Assembly: GCA_028534125.1 (NCBI GenBank)
Contig: CM052817.1
Span: 39,806,001-39,870,000 of the forward strand
Length of the DNA stretch: 64,000 bases
Source: Lama glama
Taxonomy: Eukaryota
Reading direction: 5' to 3'
Part shown: one piece after another, positions 1-13,792 of the stretch
Numbering within the stretch: the stretch's first letter is position 1
Layout: each line of letters starts with the position of its first letter
Made by a program: the position numbers and the translations under genes
Notes under the pieces: model-generated
Seen by the model: only the letters and a program-made list of their open reading frames with translations
What the model was told of the DNA's origin: nothing
The model's database searches: none

Positions 1-349
1 AACTTCATGATATCCCTTAGCTTGAGTAAAGTGTCCTAGTATGACTATGCGATTATGCTTTACATCAGAAATTGACACACTGTAAAATGACTATGCTTCA
101 ATTTTTAAAAAATGCCTAGGGTATCAAATACATAGTCACTCAAAACTTTGTCTTCTGTTGCTATTGATTAGAAGTATCCAATGGCCATATTTTGTTTATC
201 TCTTACGTATTATGAAAAGGACTACTAGTGCCCTCTTTAGCACTGAAAATAGAAGCATTAATGCCTTAAATCTAACTAGATTAGAAAATCAACTTCAGAA
301 AACTAATCCTTAGAATTCTGTTCTTAACCACTTCTGCTAGCAAAATTCC

Positions 350-733
350 TGTCGGGGTTAAACCAGAGAAGCAGAATACTGGGAGATATATATTAAGAGA
401 GTTACTGCAAGGAAATACACAATTCTGGGGGCTGGCTAGGCAATCTGAAATCTATAAGACAGGCTTCCAGGAAGGGCAGGCTGAAATTCTCAGGCACAAG
501 AAGCTGCAGTCCACAGGTAGAATGTCTTCTTCTGTAGAGAAGCCTCAGTTCTGCTTTTCAGGACTTTGGACTGATTGACTCAAGCCCACTCTGGTTATCT
601 ACGATAATCTCCCCTACTTCAAGTCAACTATATACTTTAATCACACCTACAAGATAATGTCACTGCGACACCTACATTAGTGTTTGAGTAATTGAGAAGC
701 GTAACCAGGTGTACACATCAAAAAGACCGTCAG
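350..733. mobile_element. MLT2-like ERVL LTR relic
   Basis: Recognised MLT2-type text (aaccagagaagcagaa...gctggctaggcaatctgaaatc...ataatctcccctactt). Confidence 0.6.
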
Positions 734-3700
734 TCACACATGTGAGAAAATAAAGGTAAAAAAGGAAAATAACCTCTTAGTATTACTATTAAAACAGCTG
801 TGACTTCATGCACCCCCTGAAAGGGTTTCAGGGACCTCCAGGAGCCCCTAGGCTATCCTTTGAGAACTACTAACCTACATACATATATTTCTCCAACAAA
901 AAAATACTAGTGCATGGAGGCACATTGCTTACAGTGGAGTTGCCTAAAACCTCATACCTCATTTAATTTATTTGTATTAAATTACATGGCTAACATAGTG
1001 AAAAGAGCCAACTCTGAATAGTAGGAAGCTTTCTGAGATAGGGAAACATAAAATGGTTTTTCCTTCTAGAGGTCTCAGTTCCTGGAAGTTCTCTCAAAGT
1101 ATGGACCTCTCCTTCCCTGAATGTGATTCTGGTATTTAAAGCTAGAGTGCATATTTTCAATAGCTTAGCCCTAAAAGCCAAACAATGACTTCTTCCATGC
1201 TCAGTCCAAGAAGCAATGAATCTTTCCAGTATGGAAGGGAAAACTGACGTGATGAGAGACAGTCTATCTGTTTCTGGGATGGAGCATTCCCAGTGAAACT
1301 TTCAAGGATAATTTTGACACACCCAACTTTTTCTTTATGGACCAGCTTAGAACCTAATTCTTTTATCTAGGATGTGACCCCCTGGTATTAATCTACCATC
1401 TGACTGGCAACCATTATCATAGGACGTGATATCTGAACCTACTATATCAAGTACTATCTCCAAAACAGTAGTTAGAACTAATGGTGAAAGTTTTTCATCC
1501 CAGGGCACACTGTTATGACATAGTGATATACTCAACGCACACTTGCTAAATTGAGTAGAATGCTCCAAAAGGGCAAGAACGAAGCTTCAGGGAGTATATA
1601 CACTTGAAGAAGAAGCCTCTGACCAGAAAATCCAGGCTCTCCTTTTCCCAATCCATTTATTCACTGAGTACATGTAAATCAGCAGTCAGAAACTAAAAGG
1701 CCTTTACAAAGATCCATACAATGTTTTTTAGAAAATTTGAATTGATTACTTACCTATTAAAATATACACACTAAAATTAAAATTTCTGGATCCTGTTATA
1801 ATCAGGCATCCCTGAGCTCCCATTCCCTCAGGACACAACCTCCCCTGTATACTCTGTCTCCATTCCCCTCATGGTCTTTTGTCACCACCATGGCATTGAT
1901 GTATTTATTACAGTAGAAAAGAGTTAAGGGGAAAATGACACGTACTTGATACTTAAGTATTTATCAAAATTTTTCTCAACCACAGCCTATTTCCTCATTT
2001 TCATTACCTGCCCAGCCTCTTTCAGTAGGTATTTGAATTTGAATACAAATAAATTTCAGTTTGTCTTGGTTAGTCAGAATTTCTTCCACTGGGAATTCTG
2101 TTACTCCATCACCACCAAAGCTTTACATTTTTCAGTATTCCTAAGAGCTGGCTCTTATGAAGAATAAGATTTTTTTTTCCTTTTCTCTTTCTTTCTTCCT
2201 TTTTTAATTTAATTTTTTAAAGAAAGTTTAGAGAAGTTTGTTGGCCAAGTTCCTTGTGTGCCCAGAAAATATTAAGACAGAAGACTGCACCACAGAGTTT
2301 GGCACCTCTGGGGAAGGACAGAGAGATGATAACAAAGAAAAATAAAATTGGAGAATAATAAGAATATTGGCAGAAGTTTCCTGTAAGAAATCACTCACTT
2401 AGGGAAGGTCTACTTCCTCAGGCAGTTGTAGCCACTTTTATCCCCAAGAATACCCATAACTTACCAATCTTCCCAAAATATAGCTCCCATTTTGGAAGAA
2501 TCATTGCATTATTATAATAACTACTAAAACCTTTAATGGATTTTTTAGTTGACTTTGTATTCAAAATTTCTGTATAGTAGCAACATTTTGCTCAGATGCT
2601 GATACTATATCTCGCCTTCTGACCTTACCTGAGGGTGGATAAAGTCCTCATCTCTCTGCACCATATCTACAGGCACACGCACAAGCACATATGCGTGTAC
2701 ATAGGTCTTGGCGGTTTGGCGATTACAGGAATGATTTCATGATTTATAGTTCTCTAATGATACAATCCCACACCGAAATTCATTCATGATTGAAAAAATT
2801 GTCATGGAGATTGATTTTCTGTCTATTGTCCTTAAAGTATTTACATTTCAGGGAAAATCTAAAAACTTCTCAAAATAAAAAATTTTAAAGACCAAATGTA
2901 GCTCTGAATTATATATTTGGTAATAATTGGAAACTGGTATTTTAAGTATTATTCAAGGGCATACCTTCCCTTCACTAAGGCAGAATAAAAATAAGTAGAT
3001 TCGTAGTTAAAGACAACAGTCAGTTTTCTCCCAGAATTGGTCTTGGAGTCTTTCATTCTACAAGTTTATAAGTTAAAACCTTTTTTCAAATCATGGAAGT
3101 TTTCTTTAATTAATGGATTGCGGTCACCACCCTGTAATATATAGTGCTAAAGTTCACATCTGTATTTTGAGCAGAGAGCAACTAGCTGACAACAACAATT
3201 AAAAAACAACCTCCTGGCTAATTAATAGCTTCAATGCACTCTGGCCTCTGTTGAAAATAAAATCTCTTCAACTCTCATGATGACTGTTACAACACAGTCC
3301 CACTATTTACAACGCTTCACCCATTACTCTTTATTTGTTCCCTCTTGCTATCTCCTCCCTGGAGTCCTGAAGAAAAACACCCCCTTTATCAAACCAGAGT
3401 TTAGTGAGCAAAGCTTAAAATAGATAGTGGGGCCAAGCACTGCCCGGTTGATTTTTATGCTTCAATTATTTCCACGATTCTTATTGTTATTTTAACAAAC
3501 AAAAACTTTTTTGTTTTACTTAAACTTAAATCCATCAAGTACTGTTCTCATTAGAAGATTAACAACATTTTGGGCAGAACCTCAACATAAATGCAAAGGA
3601 AAACAAGTAATACAACCTTGTCCATGAGTAAACGTCAGGTAAAGACCATCATTGCCCCAGTGCTTCTCAAAATGGAGTCCCTGGAACCCCCTGGGGGACA

Positions 3701-4882
3701 CAGACATATTTTCGGGGATCCTAAGTCCTCTATGAGTAAGTAATGGCCATCCACTCTTTTATTCAATATTTATTAAATTAATTTATACAAACATTTTAGA
3801 GACCTGAGATTTCTCTGGTTTGAGCATCCCAGGAAACGGTGATATGGTTCTGAATTTGACAAACTTAAAGCCAGAGGAAGTATTTTTTGGAACCAAGAGA
3901 AGCCCAGCCTATGTGTCTGTCACTAAAGATGTTAAAAAGCAAATGGCTGAAAGATGAGTGACCAACATCTGGTCCCTCCCCTGGTCAAGCTACATGATGA
4001 CACGAGTCAGCCCCTCTGATTTCTTTCTTTTTCCTGATTCCGCCTGGACTCCTGACCTTCCTTCTTTAAGCAGGCTTTTCAGTGAGGTCACAGGTTCCTT
4101 TCATGTTAGTCATATTCTGGTCATTCATCTAGGAAATTTACTCTAGTCCTTACATCTCTTTGGTGACACATTTACCAGTTTTTTTTTCTAATGGAGTTTT
4201 TTCTGCTTCAAATAACCCATTATGCATAATTTCATTCATCTTCTTAAATCATTTTTGGAAAAAATTGAGAATAAGTCACCAAGAAAAGAAATGATGAGCA
4301 AAGAAATGGTCATATACATTATTTTGATTCTCAGAGGATGTACTTATTTCCAAGTTCTGGTGATCCTGGGATGTCTTACTCCATACTCTGTATAATGACT
4401 TTTTAAATAATCTCCTAATGGAAATGTCCATTCATTCAATAAGCAAATATGGAAGGCATACTATGTATATGCCAGATATTGTGCTAAATCTCAGAAGTTT
4501 AAAGAAGAATGAAAAGGTCTGGTGCATGTGAAGAAATTAACTAAGAAAGTCCATAAAGAGAGAGTAACCTAGAATGAATCCACTTTTGCCCCTTCTGATC
4601 CATTTTCCACGCTGCTACTGGAGCAGTTATTTTGAAAGCAAGCATCAGCGTATTTGGGGTTACGCAGTCTCCCGGTCATGTGCAAGACGTCAACAGTCCA
4701 GCATGGGCTGGGCTGTGCAAGCCCAGTCTGGTTCCTCATCACTGTCTCTTCTGGCACAAGATGAAGACTCCTGCTTCTCGGCCCTGGGGCAAAAACTCTG
4801 TATCTCCTGCAAGCAATTCCTGAATACGCCCACACCCACCTCCCCAAGGGTAAGCCCCCTTTGCTATAAACATGAACTCTGG

Positions 4883-5027
4883 GTATAAGTAAAATCACAG
4901 CGAAAGAGAATGTGACAATGAAGGTATGTATGTTCATGTACAACTGAAAAATTGTGCTCTACACTGGAATTTGACACAGCATTGTAGAATGACTATAACT
5001 CAATTAAAAAAAAAGTTAAAAAAAAAA
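4883..5027 (+). mobile_element. Short 5'-truncated L1 3' end with A tail
   Basis: Approximate reverse complement of the L1 tail at 48622-48760; ends in A-rich tail. Confidence 0.75.
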
Positions 5028-5507
5028 GAAATTTTTCTCACCACAGAAGTAAATGAGTCTCAGTGTGCAATAATGATTCACCTATCTACAGTCCGAGCAT
5101 TAATTAAGACTTCCATCTAAAACATCTACAAAAGAATAAAAACTTTAAAAATCAACAGAACATCTACAGTCTTATTTTTCTTTCAGTTTTCTCCTAAAAA
5201 CAAAGGGTAAGTACTTGCTTTACATTTGTATAATCAAAGGGTGCATTCAGGTGATTTCCCAGAACAAAGAAACAGTTCACTGTTGACTCAAACAAAGATT
5301 CTAAAATATATATTAATTTTCTCTGTCAGCTCAGGTAACCCTTTCCACAGCTTTAGGTCTGGGCTTCCACCCCTGGTGTTCCTTTGGCTGGACACTGGTT
5401 CTTTCCCGGCCCCTTTTCCTCCCCAGCATCTAGGCTGTTGAGAAGACTTTTCCTGATCCCAGCACTAGGTGGGGCAGATACCTTAGTTATCCTTGCTTCT
5501 AGCTTTT

Positions 5508-5640
5508 TTAAAATTATTATTTATTTTTTCAGTAGGGAAGGTAATTCAGTTTGTTTAGTTTTAGAGGAGGCACTGGGGATTGAACCCAGGACCTCATGCA
5601 TGCTAAGCATGCACTCTGCCACTTGAGCTATACCCTCCTC
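5508..5640 (-). mobile_element. tRNA-derived SINE (camelid Vic-1-like)
   Basis: A box TAGCTCAAGTGG and B box GGTTCAATCCC on minus; flanking cttctag.ttttt direct repeat. Confidence 0.85.
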
Positions 5641-6217
5641 TACTTCTAGATTTTTGTATTTTTCCTACAAGTGTTTATCAGAATGGTAATTCTGTCATCA
5701 TATGAGATTATGTCTCTAATGTTTCTGTCTCTAACTAGATTATAAATTCCATCAGGCAGACACTATTTTATTTTTCCATGTACCTTCAGTAGCTAGCATG
5801 GTACCTGACTTAAAGCAGATATTTATAGTAGTGAATTCATGAATACAAGGAAAGCAGAAGGCAACATTCCTGCCCTCCAAGAACTTAGAATCTTACTGAG
5901 GAAAGAAAAAAATCCAAGAAACACCTAACTAGCTCAGCAGTCATTAATTAAGAACCAAAATTTATTCACTCCACAAATATTTATTTAGTGTCGACTTTGA
6001 TCTAGGCACTATCCCAGGGACTGAAAATAAAGTAAGGGTGGGAGGGACAGATAAATAATCTCTATCTACATAAAGCTCACATTTTAGCAAAATGGTTGAT
6101 ACTGAGGGGGAAATAAATCTACGGGAGCAAAAACAACTTTTTACAATGGAGAAAGACTCAAGGAGAAACTAGAACTCCCACAGGTGGAGGGTAGATTTGC
6201 AGAAAAAAGAGAAGGCA

Positions 6218-6562
6218 TGAAAGGGTCTGAATGTTTGTGTGCACTCCCTCAAACTCATATTTCTAGTCCTAACCCCCCAGGATGTGGTATTAAGAGGTGG
6301 GGCCTTTGGGAGCTAATTAAGTCATGAGAATAAAGCCCTCAAGATTGAGATAAGCTCCCTTACGAAAGAGACCACCAAAAGCCAGCCCATGTCTTAGGCC
6401 ATGTGACATCACAGTGAGAGGAGGTTCTCATCAGACACCAGACCTGCTGGCGTCATGATCTTGGACTTCCCAGCCTCCAGAAGTGTAAGAAATAAATGTT
6501 TATTGTTAATAAGCCATCCAGTTTGTGGTATGTTTGTTACAGGAGCCTGAACAGACTAAACA
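6218..6562 (+). mobile_element. MLT1 (MaLR) LTR
   Basis: gtattaagaggtggggcctttggg...ggacttcccagcctccagaa...aataaatg...agactaa. Confidence 0.8.
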
Positions 6563-6712
6563 AAGCAGGGATATAAGAAAATAAAATTCTGTAGAGAAAG
6601 AGCATGATCTTGCCGGAGAGTGGAGAAAAGATTGTGGTTCAGTGCAGTGGAAGATTAGGTGGATTACACAATTAGGCTTTTAAATAGCAGAGTCATCTGC
6701 TGCTTTAGGAAA

Positions 6713-7042
6713 TGTGTTAATTTTCTAGGACTGCCTTAATCAACTACCTCAAACCAGTTGGCTTAAACAACAGAAACTCATTGTCTCACAGTTCTGGAGG
6801 CTGAAAGTCCAAACTCCACTGGGCAGGATTGGTTTCTTCTGAGAGCCAGGAGGGAGAGTCTGTTCAGTGCCTCTTTCCAAGCTTCTGGTGGTCTGACTGC
6901 AATTTGATGTTCTTCCGTTTGTATTTGCATCACCCCATCCCTGCCGTCATGTTCACAGGGCATTCTCTTCGTGTGCACATCTGTCTCTTTATATGGTATT
7001 CTTTTTATAAGAACACAAGTCATCCTAGAGTAGGGGCCCACA
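6713..7042 (-). mobile_element. MLT1 (MaLR) LTR
   Basis: ggcttaaacaacagaaa...ctcacagttctggaggctg typical MLT1 reverse text. Confidence 0.75.
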
Positions 7043-7621
7043 CTTCAAGGCAACTTCAGTTTCCTCATCTCTAAAATTTGGATAATAAAAGCACCTATTT
7101 TATAATCTCCTGTAAAACAGTGATTTACAAACCTGAAGATGATCAGAACCACCTTTTCAAAAATGCCAGTGCCTGGTGATTCCAATTCATTAAGCTCTGT
7201 CCTAAGACCTGGAAAGCAATATCTAAAAGGTGCTCAAGGGTTGCTAGGGGTTTTGGGGGCAAGAAATGGTAAGGAGATCAATTGACCAGGCTTACCTACC
7301 GGGTCAAATTTAAATCCATTGATGGTCTTCATTATTTTAAAATAATGAACAAAATCTAAATGAAATAAATTTAAATCTTAGGTGATTCCTAAGATTGTGG
7401 TTGGAGAACCACTGATGTGGGGAACTCTTAGCAGAATGCCTCACATGTACACGCTTCAAAACATTTTCTATGTTATGAATTATATATTACATTTAGTTAA
7501 TTCACATTTATGTAAGCAAAGATTTACATTTGTTTTCTTCCTACTTCACTTCGTCATCAATTTTGATCTATTTATAATATGAAATGGGTTTCCTTCCAGG
7601 AATGAAATTTCAATTTATGAA

Positions 7622-8234
7622 TGTATCTCTAGGAAAAAAGGACTTGGTTGACTAAAACCTTTGAGAACTACAAAAACTTTTGGCCTGAACACTCCATTCA
7701 AACCCTTGTAGTAGGAAACTTGACCAAACTTTAACACAACTCCTAGCAGCCTAAGCCCTGAGGCAATCCAGCCCCCAACTGAGTTACTGTCTATAAATTG
7801 CAAGGCTGTTAAAAGACTTACTGCTTGTTCTAGCAACACCTGATGATAGACCTCCTTTTCTTAGTGCACTCACTAAAAAGGACTTACAACTATGAATCCT
7901 TCCTCTGTCCCTTTGAGATGTTTTTGTGTTTCCTACAACTCGGGAGTGCCTTTCTCTTTAAGCCATGCCTTTGAAAAGTAATCATCAGGAAAAATAATAG
8001 AAAGCTTCCTCTTCTATTCTGGCAAGGACTCAATGAAAAGCTATGGACCCTTTGTTTAATATAGCTCTCCTTACTTCCTTTTTCCTCCATAAAAGCAATC
8101 TTCTTCTCTTGCCTTCTGGGGACTTACACGTGATCTGCCATGGTGGCAGATCCCAAACTACAATTCTCTGCTAGTCCCAAATAAACTCACCTTTGCTGGA
8201 GAAATACCTGGCATTCTATTTGTTTTAGATCAAC
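7622..8234 (+). mobile_element. ERV1-type LTR (MER34/MER39-like)
   Basis: TG start, AATAAA at ~8180, ends tcaaCA; internal similarity to LTR at 10325-10797. Confidence 0.6.
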
Positions 8235-8299
8235 AACTGGGAGTCAGGACCCCAAAGTCATAGTTTTGACTCTGCTTCAAATTAGTATTTATAGTTCAT

Positions 8300-8590
8300 T
8301 GCAGAATTATTCACAACAGTCAAGATATGGATAAAACTCAAATCTCCATCAAAAGGTGAATGGGTAAAGAAAATATGAGATACAACACACATACACACAC
8401 ATATAAAATGGAATATTATTCAGCCTTTCATCATGATAAGTAAAATAAGCGAGACACAGGAAGACAAACATTGCATGATATAGATAGTCAAACTCATAGA
8501 AGCACATAGTAGAATGGTGATTGACAGGGGATGGTAAGTGGAGACAGTGGGGAGATGTTTGTTAAAAGGTATAAGCTTACAGTTATGCAT
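8300..8590 (+). mobile_element. Old L1 3' fragment
   Basis: atggaatattattcagcc...gtcaaactcatagaagca typical L1 ORF2-end/3'UTR text. Confidence 0.7.
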
Positions 8591-9065
8591 GGGAACCTCT
8601 ATTCTAGTTAAACAAGGATCATATCCTTTTCCTCATCAGCAATTCTCAGTTCCACCCTTTTGGTCAATGTCAGCCCCTAAAGGAACCAAGCTGTCCATCA
8701 GGGCTGCTTTTTGACACAGTATTTTTAGGTGGAGTTGCCTTGGGATAATGACTTTATAATAACATTAAGCACCTGTGTAACAGATGATGGAGAAAGGCCA
8801 AACAGCAATGACAATCACAAATATCATAAGAAATATTTTGAACCTATATTTATATCCAATTCCTTGGTCAGCCTAGGACTAGCCAATCTGGGTCATAGTC
8901 AGATAATCTATCAGAGATTTTTGTTCAAAAACTTGCAGTCAGGTCAAAAATCCTTGCACAAACCAGTGACATGTGGTATCTCAGACCTCTCCTGGGTAGT
9001 TTATCACCAGAATAAAATACAAGCAATTGGTGGGTTTGTTTTGAATATTTGGAAAGTCCAACTGA

Positions 9066-9102
9066 CCTGGTTCAATCCCCAGTACCTCCATTAAAAAAAA
9101 AA
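9066..9102 (+). mobile_element. 5'-truncated SINE fragment
   Basis: cctggttcaatccccagtacctccatt(A)n. Confidence 0.7.
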
Positions 9103-9374
9103 GGTTCCCAAAACATCACCCTGTTACCTCACCACCAACCAATCAGAAGAGTTCTACAAGTTGATCAGGTGCCCTGTGACCCTCCCTGTGATGCTCCCTT
9201 GAAAACCCTTCCCTAAAAGCCATCGAGGAGTTTGGGTCTTTTGAGCACTAGCTGCCTATTGTCCTTGCTTGGCGCCCTGCAGAAAATGCTGTATTTTCCT
9301 TCACCATAACCCAGTGTCAGTTGATTGACTTTGCTGTGTTTCAGGCGAGCAAACTCAAGTTTGGTTCAGTAACA
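9103..9374 (+). mobile_element. LTR fragment (ERV)
   Basis: accaatcag CCAAT, aaaagccatcgaggagtttgggtcttttgagca, ends ggttcagtaaCA. Confidence 0.55.
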
Positions 9375-10324
9375 CCAACACCTGGGAGGCTGGGGGTAGT
9401 GTAGGGGAACAGGATTAGGCAGAAGGTGAAATCAAACAGTCACGCAGGCTCGCAAAGCCTCAGCCAAACCAAATCCACAGGGACCTCTGGGGCCTTTATG
9501 ACCCACAAGAGTTGTCCCTCAATGGCCACATCTTTAGACCCCTGCAGGATCACTTAGATGTTGGCCACCCTAGAAAGAGCAGGTCCTTGGGCAGAGTGAC
9601 TTGTTTGGCAGCTGAAACAGTAAGTCTTGTTCACCAAAATCATGTCCAAATCACAAGTTGCATTTCAATGAGGTAATGAAAGAAACATCCCAGAGATTCT
9701 CATTGAGGAGACGTAAACGTACAGTTTAAGGGATCAGTTGCTGTCTGAATTTAGTTGGTCTGAGGACAAATGTCCTGAACAGTGTTAAATAAATTGCATA
9801 ACGGTTTCAATATGACTTTGTGAGAAAATAATTAGATAATAGCTTCTATTGCTGGTCCCCTGTCTCTTTCTATCCCTGATGCCGCTTGGGTTTCTTGAAG
9901 GTTCTGGGAGATGACAGTAATAGCAGTTAATTACTAAAGGCCTAGAGCACACTTAAGGCATGCACATGTGTTGAGGCTGATAATATTCTAGAGGGTTCCA
10001 GGGTCAGTTAATCCAATAGTTGCGAAGTCCAGTGGTTGGACAGTCCAATCCTTAGAAAGATTTGCAGTCACTTTGCTTGTTTGTGAATGATATTTAGGGA
10101 TTGTAAAGTCCATTGTCGGATCATGGATCTTGATCCAGAGTTCATGGGAGGAAAATGTTTATAGTGAGAACTGCAAAAAAAATTTGGCACAGAAGACTCC
10201 ATCCAAACCGTTGCACTAAGAGACTTGATCAGCATGGCTTCCAGCAAATCAAGGCCATGTCCCTGGGGTGACTGAGCTGCCTTTGAATTTCTGTCTTGAA
10301 AAGCTTGAGATTGCCAAAAGAATT

Positions 10325-10797
10325 TGCTGTTTGCCCCCGACCTCACTTTCTTAGAGCGTTTACTAAAAATGGCTTACATTTGTAAATCCTTCTTCTGTCC
10401 CTTTAGATGCATTTGTATCTCCTGCAATCCAAGAGTGTCTTTCTCAAAGAAAACTATTTCTTTGAAATGTAATCTTCAGGAAAGATAGGGTCTCTGTCTC
10501 CCAGTCTTTGGGAGGGTAGAAGCCTAATTTCAAGAAATGTCAGTTAACAGGCACAGACGTTCAATCATATTTACATTGACCAACTCTCTTACCCTTTTCC
10601 AGTAATTTTTCACTTCCCTAATTCTGCTTAAGCCCCAACTCACTCCTCTTCCCTACTCCCTCATTCTTCCTTGAAAATGCCCAGTCACCTCTGCACAAAT
10701 TGAAGTGGAGATCAGCTCTTTCTCCTATGGTAGTAGTCACTTACTAAAATCCGTTTTTACCTTTTTAACTAATGTCCAGCATTGTTTATCTTTGACA
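10325..10797 (+). mobile_element. MER34-like LTR
   Basis: tgtaaatccttcttctgtcccttt...tttgaaatgtaatc...tttatctttgaCA. Confidence 0.6.
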
Positions 10798-10837
10798 ATA
10801 CCCAATGCCACCTTCTTAATACGTATAATGTTTGGAG

Positions 10838-11172
10838 TGTTGACCTGAAACATAGACTGCCAGATATTTACCCAGCAAATGTGGGTTTATTGGGGGTCAG
10901 TAGAGAATTGCATTTCAGGGTCTGCAACCAAGGTGGGCCACACTCAAGTCCCCAAACAGCAAGGCAAGGAGAACACCTTTATAGAGGAAAAGGCAGTTGG
11001 GAGGGTAGTAACAGTACATAGTAAACAAAGGTTCATGGTTTTTCATTTGTGAGTTCTTGCAAAGGAAGCGAGGTCTTCTTGTTGGGCTCTGCTCTTGTTG
11101 CAGGGTATAACAGCTCCCCCTTCTGGTCTTCCAACTCTATTTAATTGAGGTTTCTGGTTACTAAGTTTTTCA
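10838..11172 (-). mobile_element. ERV1-type LTR, inverted relative to 7622-8234
   Basis: First ~75 nt approximate the reverse complement of 8160-8234. Confidence 0.6.
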
Positions 11173-11287
11173 GGAGAAAGCTTTCTACTGCTGAAAGTCA
11201 GCTGCTTTTGGACACCATTGAATGAGCCCCAGAATCACACCTCCAGTGAACTAGATGTCTGGGATTCTAAATGCTTCAGGCTGCTGA

Positions 11288-11697
11288 TGTGGACTAAATT
11301 ATGTGTTCCCCCCTCCCCTTGACCTCCCAGACACTTATGTTGAAGCCCTAATCAGCAGTACCTCAAACTGTGACTGTATTTGGAAGTAGGGTCTTCAAAG
11401 AGGTAATTAAGTTAAAATGAGGTCATTAAGGTGGACCTTAATCCAAATGACTGATGTCCTTACAGGAAGAGAAAGTTTGGACACAGAAAAGACACCAGAG
11501 ATGCTCGTGCTTAGAGGAAGGACCGTGTGAAGAGTCAGCAAGAAGGCATCCATCTGGAAGCCAAGGAGAGAGACCCCAGAACAAACAATCCTGCTGACAC
11601 CTTGATCTTGGACTTTCCAGAACCACAAATAAATTTCTGTTGTCAGAGCCACCCATTCCGCAGGATTTTGTTATGGTAGCCCTAGCAAACTAGCATA
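11288..11697 (+). mobile_element. MLT1B-like MaLR LTR
   Basis: tgtgactgtatttggaagtagggtc...aagccaaggagagag...aataaatttctgttg...agccctagcaaacta. Confidence 0.8.
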
Positions 11698-11810
11698 GCT
11701 GGAAAGCATATCCACGCAAGGGAATGCACTGGTGCTTAGGAAACATATTTAGGATCTAAAATCTTCTCTTCTAATGTGTTCTAAGGCGGACTTCTGCTGG
11801 TGTCTTTTCT

Positions 11811-12008
11811 TTCTTCCTTTCTTTTGTTTGTTTTAGGGGTTTTTTGTTGTTGTTGTTTTGTTTAAAGTTTATTTATTTTATTTATTTGTGGAGGGGATAC
11901 TTAGATTTATTTTGTATTTATTTATTCTTAGAGGACGTAGTGGGGATTGAACCCAGAACCTCATGCATGCTAAGCATGCACTCTACCACTTGAGCTATAC
12001 CCTCCTCC
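11811..12008 (-). mobile_element. tRNA-derived SINE (Vic-1-like) with long simple-repeat tail
   Basis: Intact A/B boxes; TSD ctgctggtgtcttttct / ctgctattgtcttttct. Confidence 0.88.
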
Positions 12009-12829
12009 CTGCTATTGTCTTTTCTTGTATCTCTTGATGGTACATCAAAAAGGGGTATGACTGGTAATGCTCTTTTTGGAAACATATCTTGTACATGTTG
12101 GACATATATTGTGGAAATGATGCCTTGAAAATACTTGATGAGATTGGAATGTACCTGGGAGAAATCAGTCACAGCAGGAGACAAGCCAAGCTCCATGAGC
12201 CTTCCTATAAGAATTTCACACTGTGGAGCTGATGGGGATTTTGAAGTAGAGATTGTATTATCATAATGCTGGGGCAAAACTTGAGCTGAAGGGAGATTAT
12301 TATGCTTTCTAGAAATTTTAGACTATTCTGATTTTATAATGAATTTTCTCATTTTATTTTCTGAGTTTGGGGAATGACATGGACAATGACGTTTTTAGTT
12401 CATGAGCGTATCTTTCACAGTTCCTTAAGTATTTCACGTTATAAAATGAGGTTTTTTTTTGTTTAATTAATAGATTATACTAAAGTAAGCCCCTAGATTG
12501 GAAAAATAAAATAGATACTTTTTTTTAAGCAAAATTTCAAGCATGGCAGGGAAAATCTCAATCTGACCAGGAAATTTACAAACTACTATTCAAATGTATT
12601 CAAAGCTTAGCAAATTGGGTAACTGGAGGAAATTTATTTGTAAGTTTTAAGAATAGTTCTTGAAGTGGAGATTTCAGAGTTGCCCTATTTCTCCGGTTTT
12701 CCTGAGTTATCATATGTTAAAAATAGATAAGGCAAATAAAATCAGGTAAAATTCTTTTCACCAATACTTCTATATTTTTTGAACCATTTTGTCCCTGTCA
12801 TCTTGGGTTATTCCTTGAAGCATTTGGTT

Positions 12830-13545
12830 ACCTGTTGAGTTTTCTTTAATCTAGAACATTTTCTCAGTCTTTGTGTTTCATGTTTCATTGACTTTTATGA
12901 AGAGGGCAGTTTTTGCATAAAATGTTCTTCAATTTGAGTGTGATGTTTTCTCATGAGAAAATTCACTTTTAGCAAGCATAGCGCCGGACTGATGTTGTCT
13001 CCTGTGCATCATATGGGGAGGCATCTGATGTTTCTTTACTGGTGATGTTAACTATCATTATTTGACTAAGGTGTTGTTTGTAAGGTTATGTTTCCTCCTA
13101 TCATTCATAAATATCTTTTGTAGAAATATTTGGACACTACATAAACAGCCTGCTACTCAAACTTTACCCACTAGTTTTCGTATCTGTTGCCTTTATGAAT
13201 CATGATGATGAAGTTAATAGTTGCCAAAAGGGACTTTCTAATTTTGTGATTCCTTCTGCATTTATTCTTTGGTGTTCAGCTGTAAGGAAACGCTTTCTCT
13301 TATCCCATTTATTTATTCATTCACTCATTTATATCAGTATGGACTCAAAGATTCTTACTTTATTCAGTGGGACATAATTCATTACTATTGTTATTTATTT
13401 TGATCAAATTTGATTAGTATCACCACTTTTCACCCCTGACTCCTATGTCAGGTTGACATGTTTACCTCATTCTTCGAGCCCATCTTGACTTTCTGGCACT
13501 AAATGCATGTTTCAAGTTTATCTTCTATTTTCTCTTGCCCCAGCT
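12830..13545 (-). mobile_element. Old L1 (L1M-type) 3' region
   Basis: Degenerate L1 3'UTR-like text (tatcagtatggactca, tgcatcatatggggaggca). Confidence 0.5.
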
Positions 13546-13792
13546 TTTGGGAAAAAAATATCATTAAAAGAGTCTTGTAAAAACAGTTCTGTTGCTTGTA
13601 TGAATCCAGTGTTTAGAATTTTGGTAAATTATCTTTGTTACAGTTCCCTTCAGCAAATGGCACTAGTCTTAATTAGTAACTGCCTCTTATTCAAAAATTG
13701 CAGTTATTAATCATAAGACAGGGAATTCTTCCTAAATATGTTACACAGAAAGATTAAGGGCATGAATAAAAATTTCAAATACAAAATTTTAG

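Larger units (their letters stand above)
8595..10325 (-). mobile_element. Degenerate ERV internal relic (integrase end, env, PPT, LTR start), interrupted by later insertions
   Basis: Minus-strand TM-like FKIFLMIFVIVIAVWPFSIICY (8842-8777) followed by PPT-like AAAAGGGTGGAA (8661-8650) then TG. Confidence 0.45.

Noticed and set aside
4569..4943. Overlapping 104-124 aa ORFs on both strands
   Set aside because: No recognisable protein; overlaps an L2-like relic and an L1 tail.
5570..5640. tRNA-like sequences with A and B boxes (also near 11940, 13795, 25870, 47190)
   Set aside because: Followed by A-rich tails and flanked by TSDs, so they are SINE heads, not tRNA genes.
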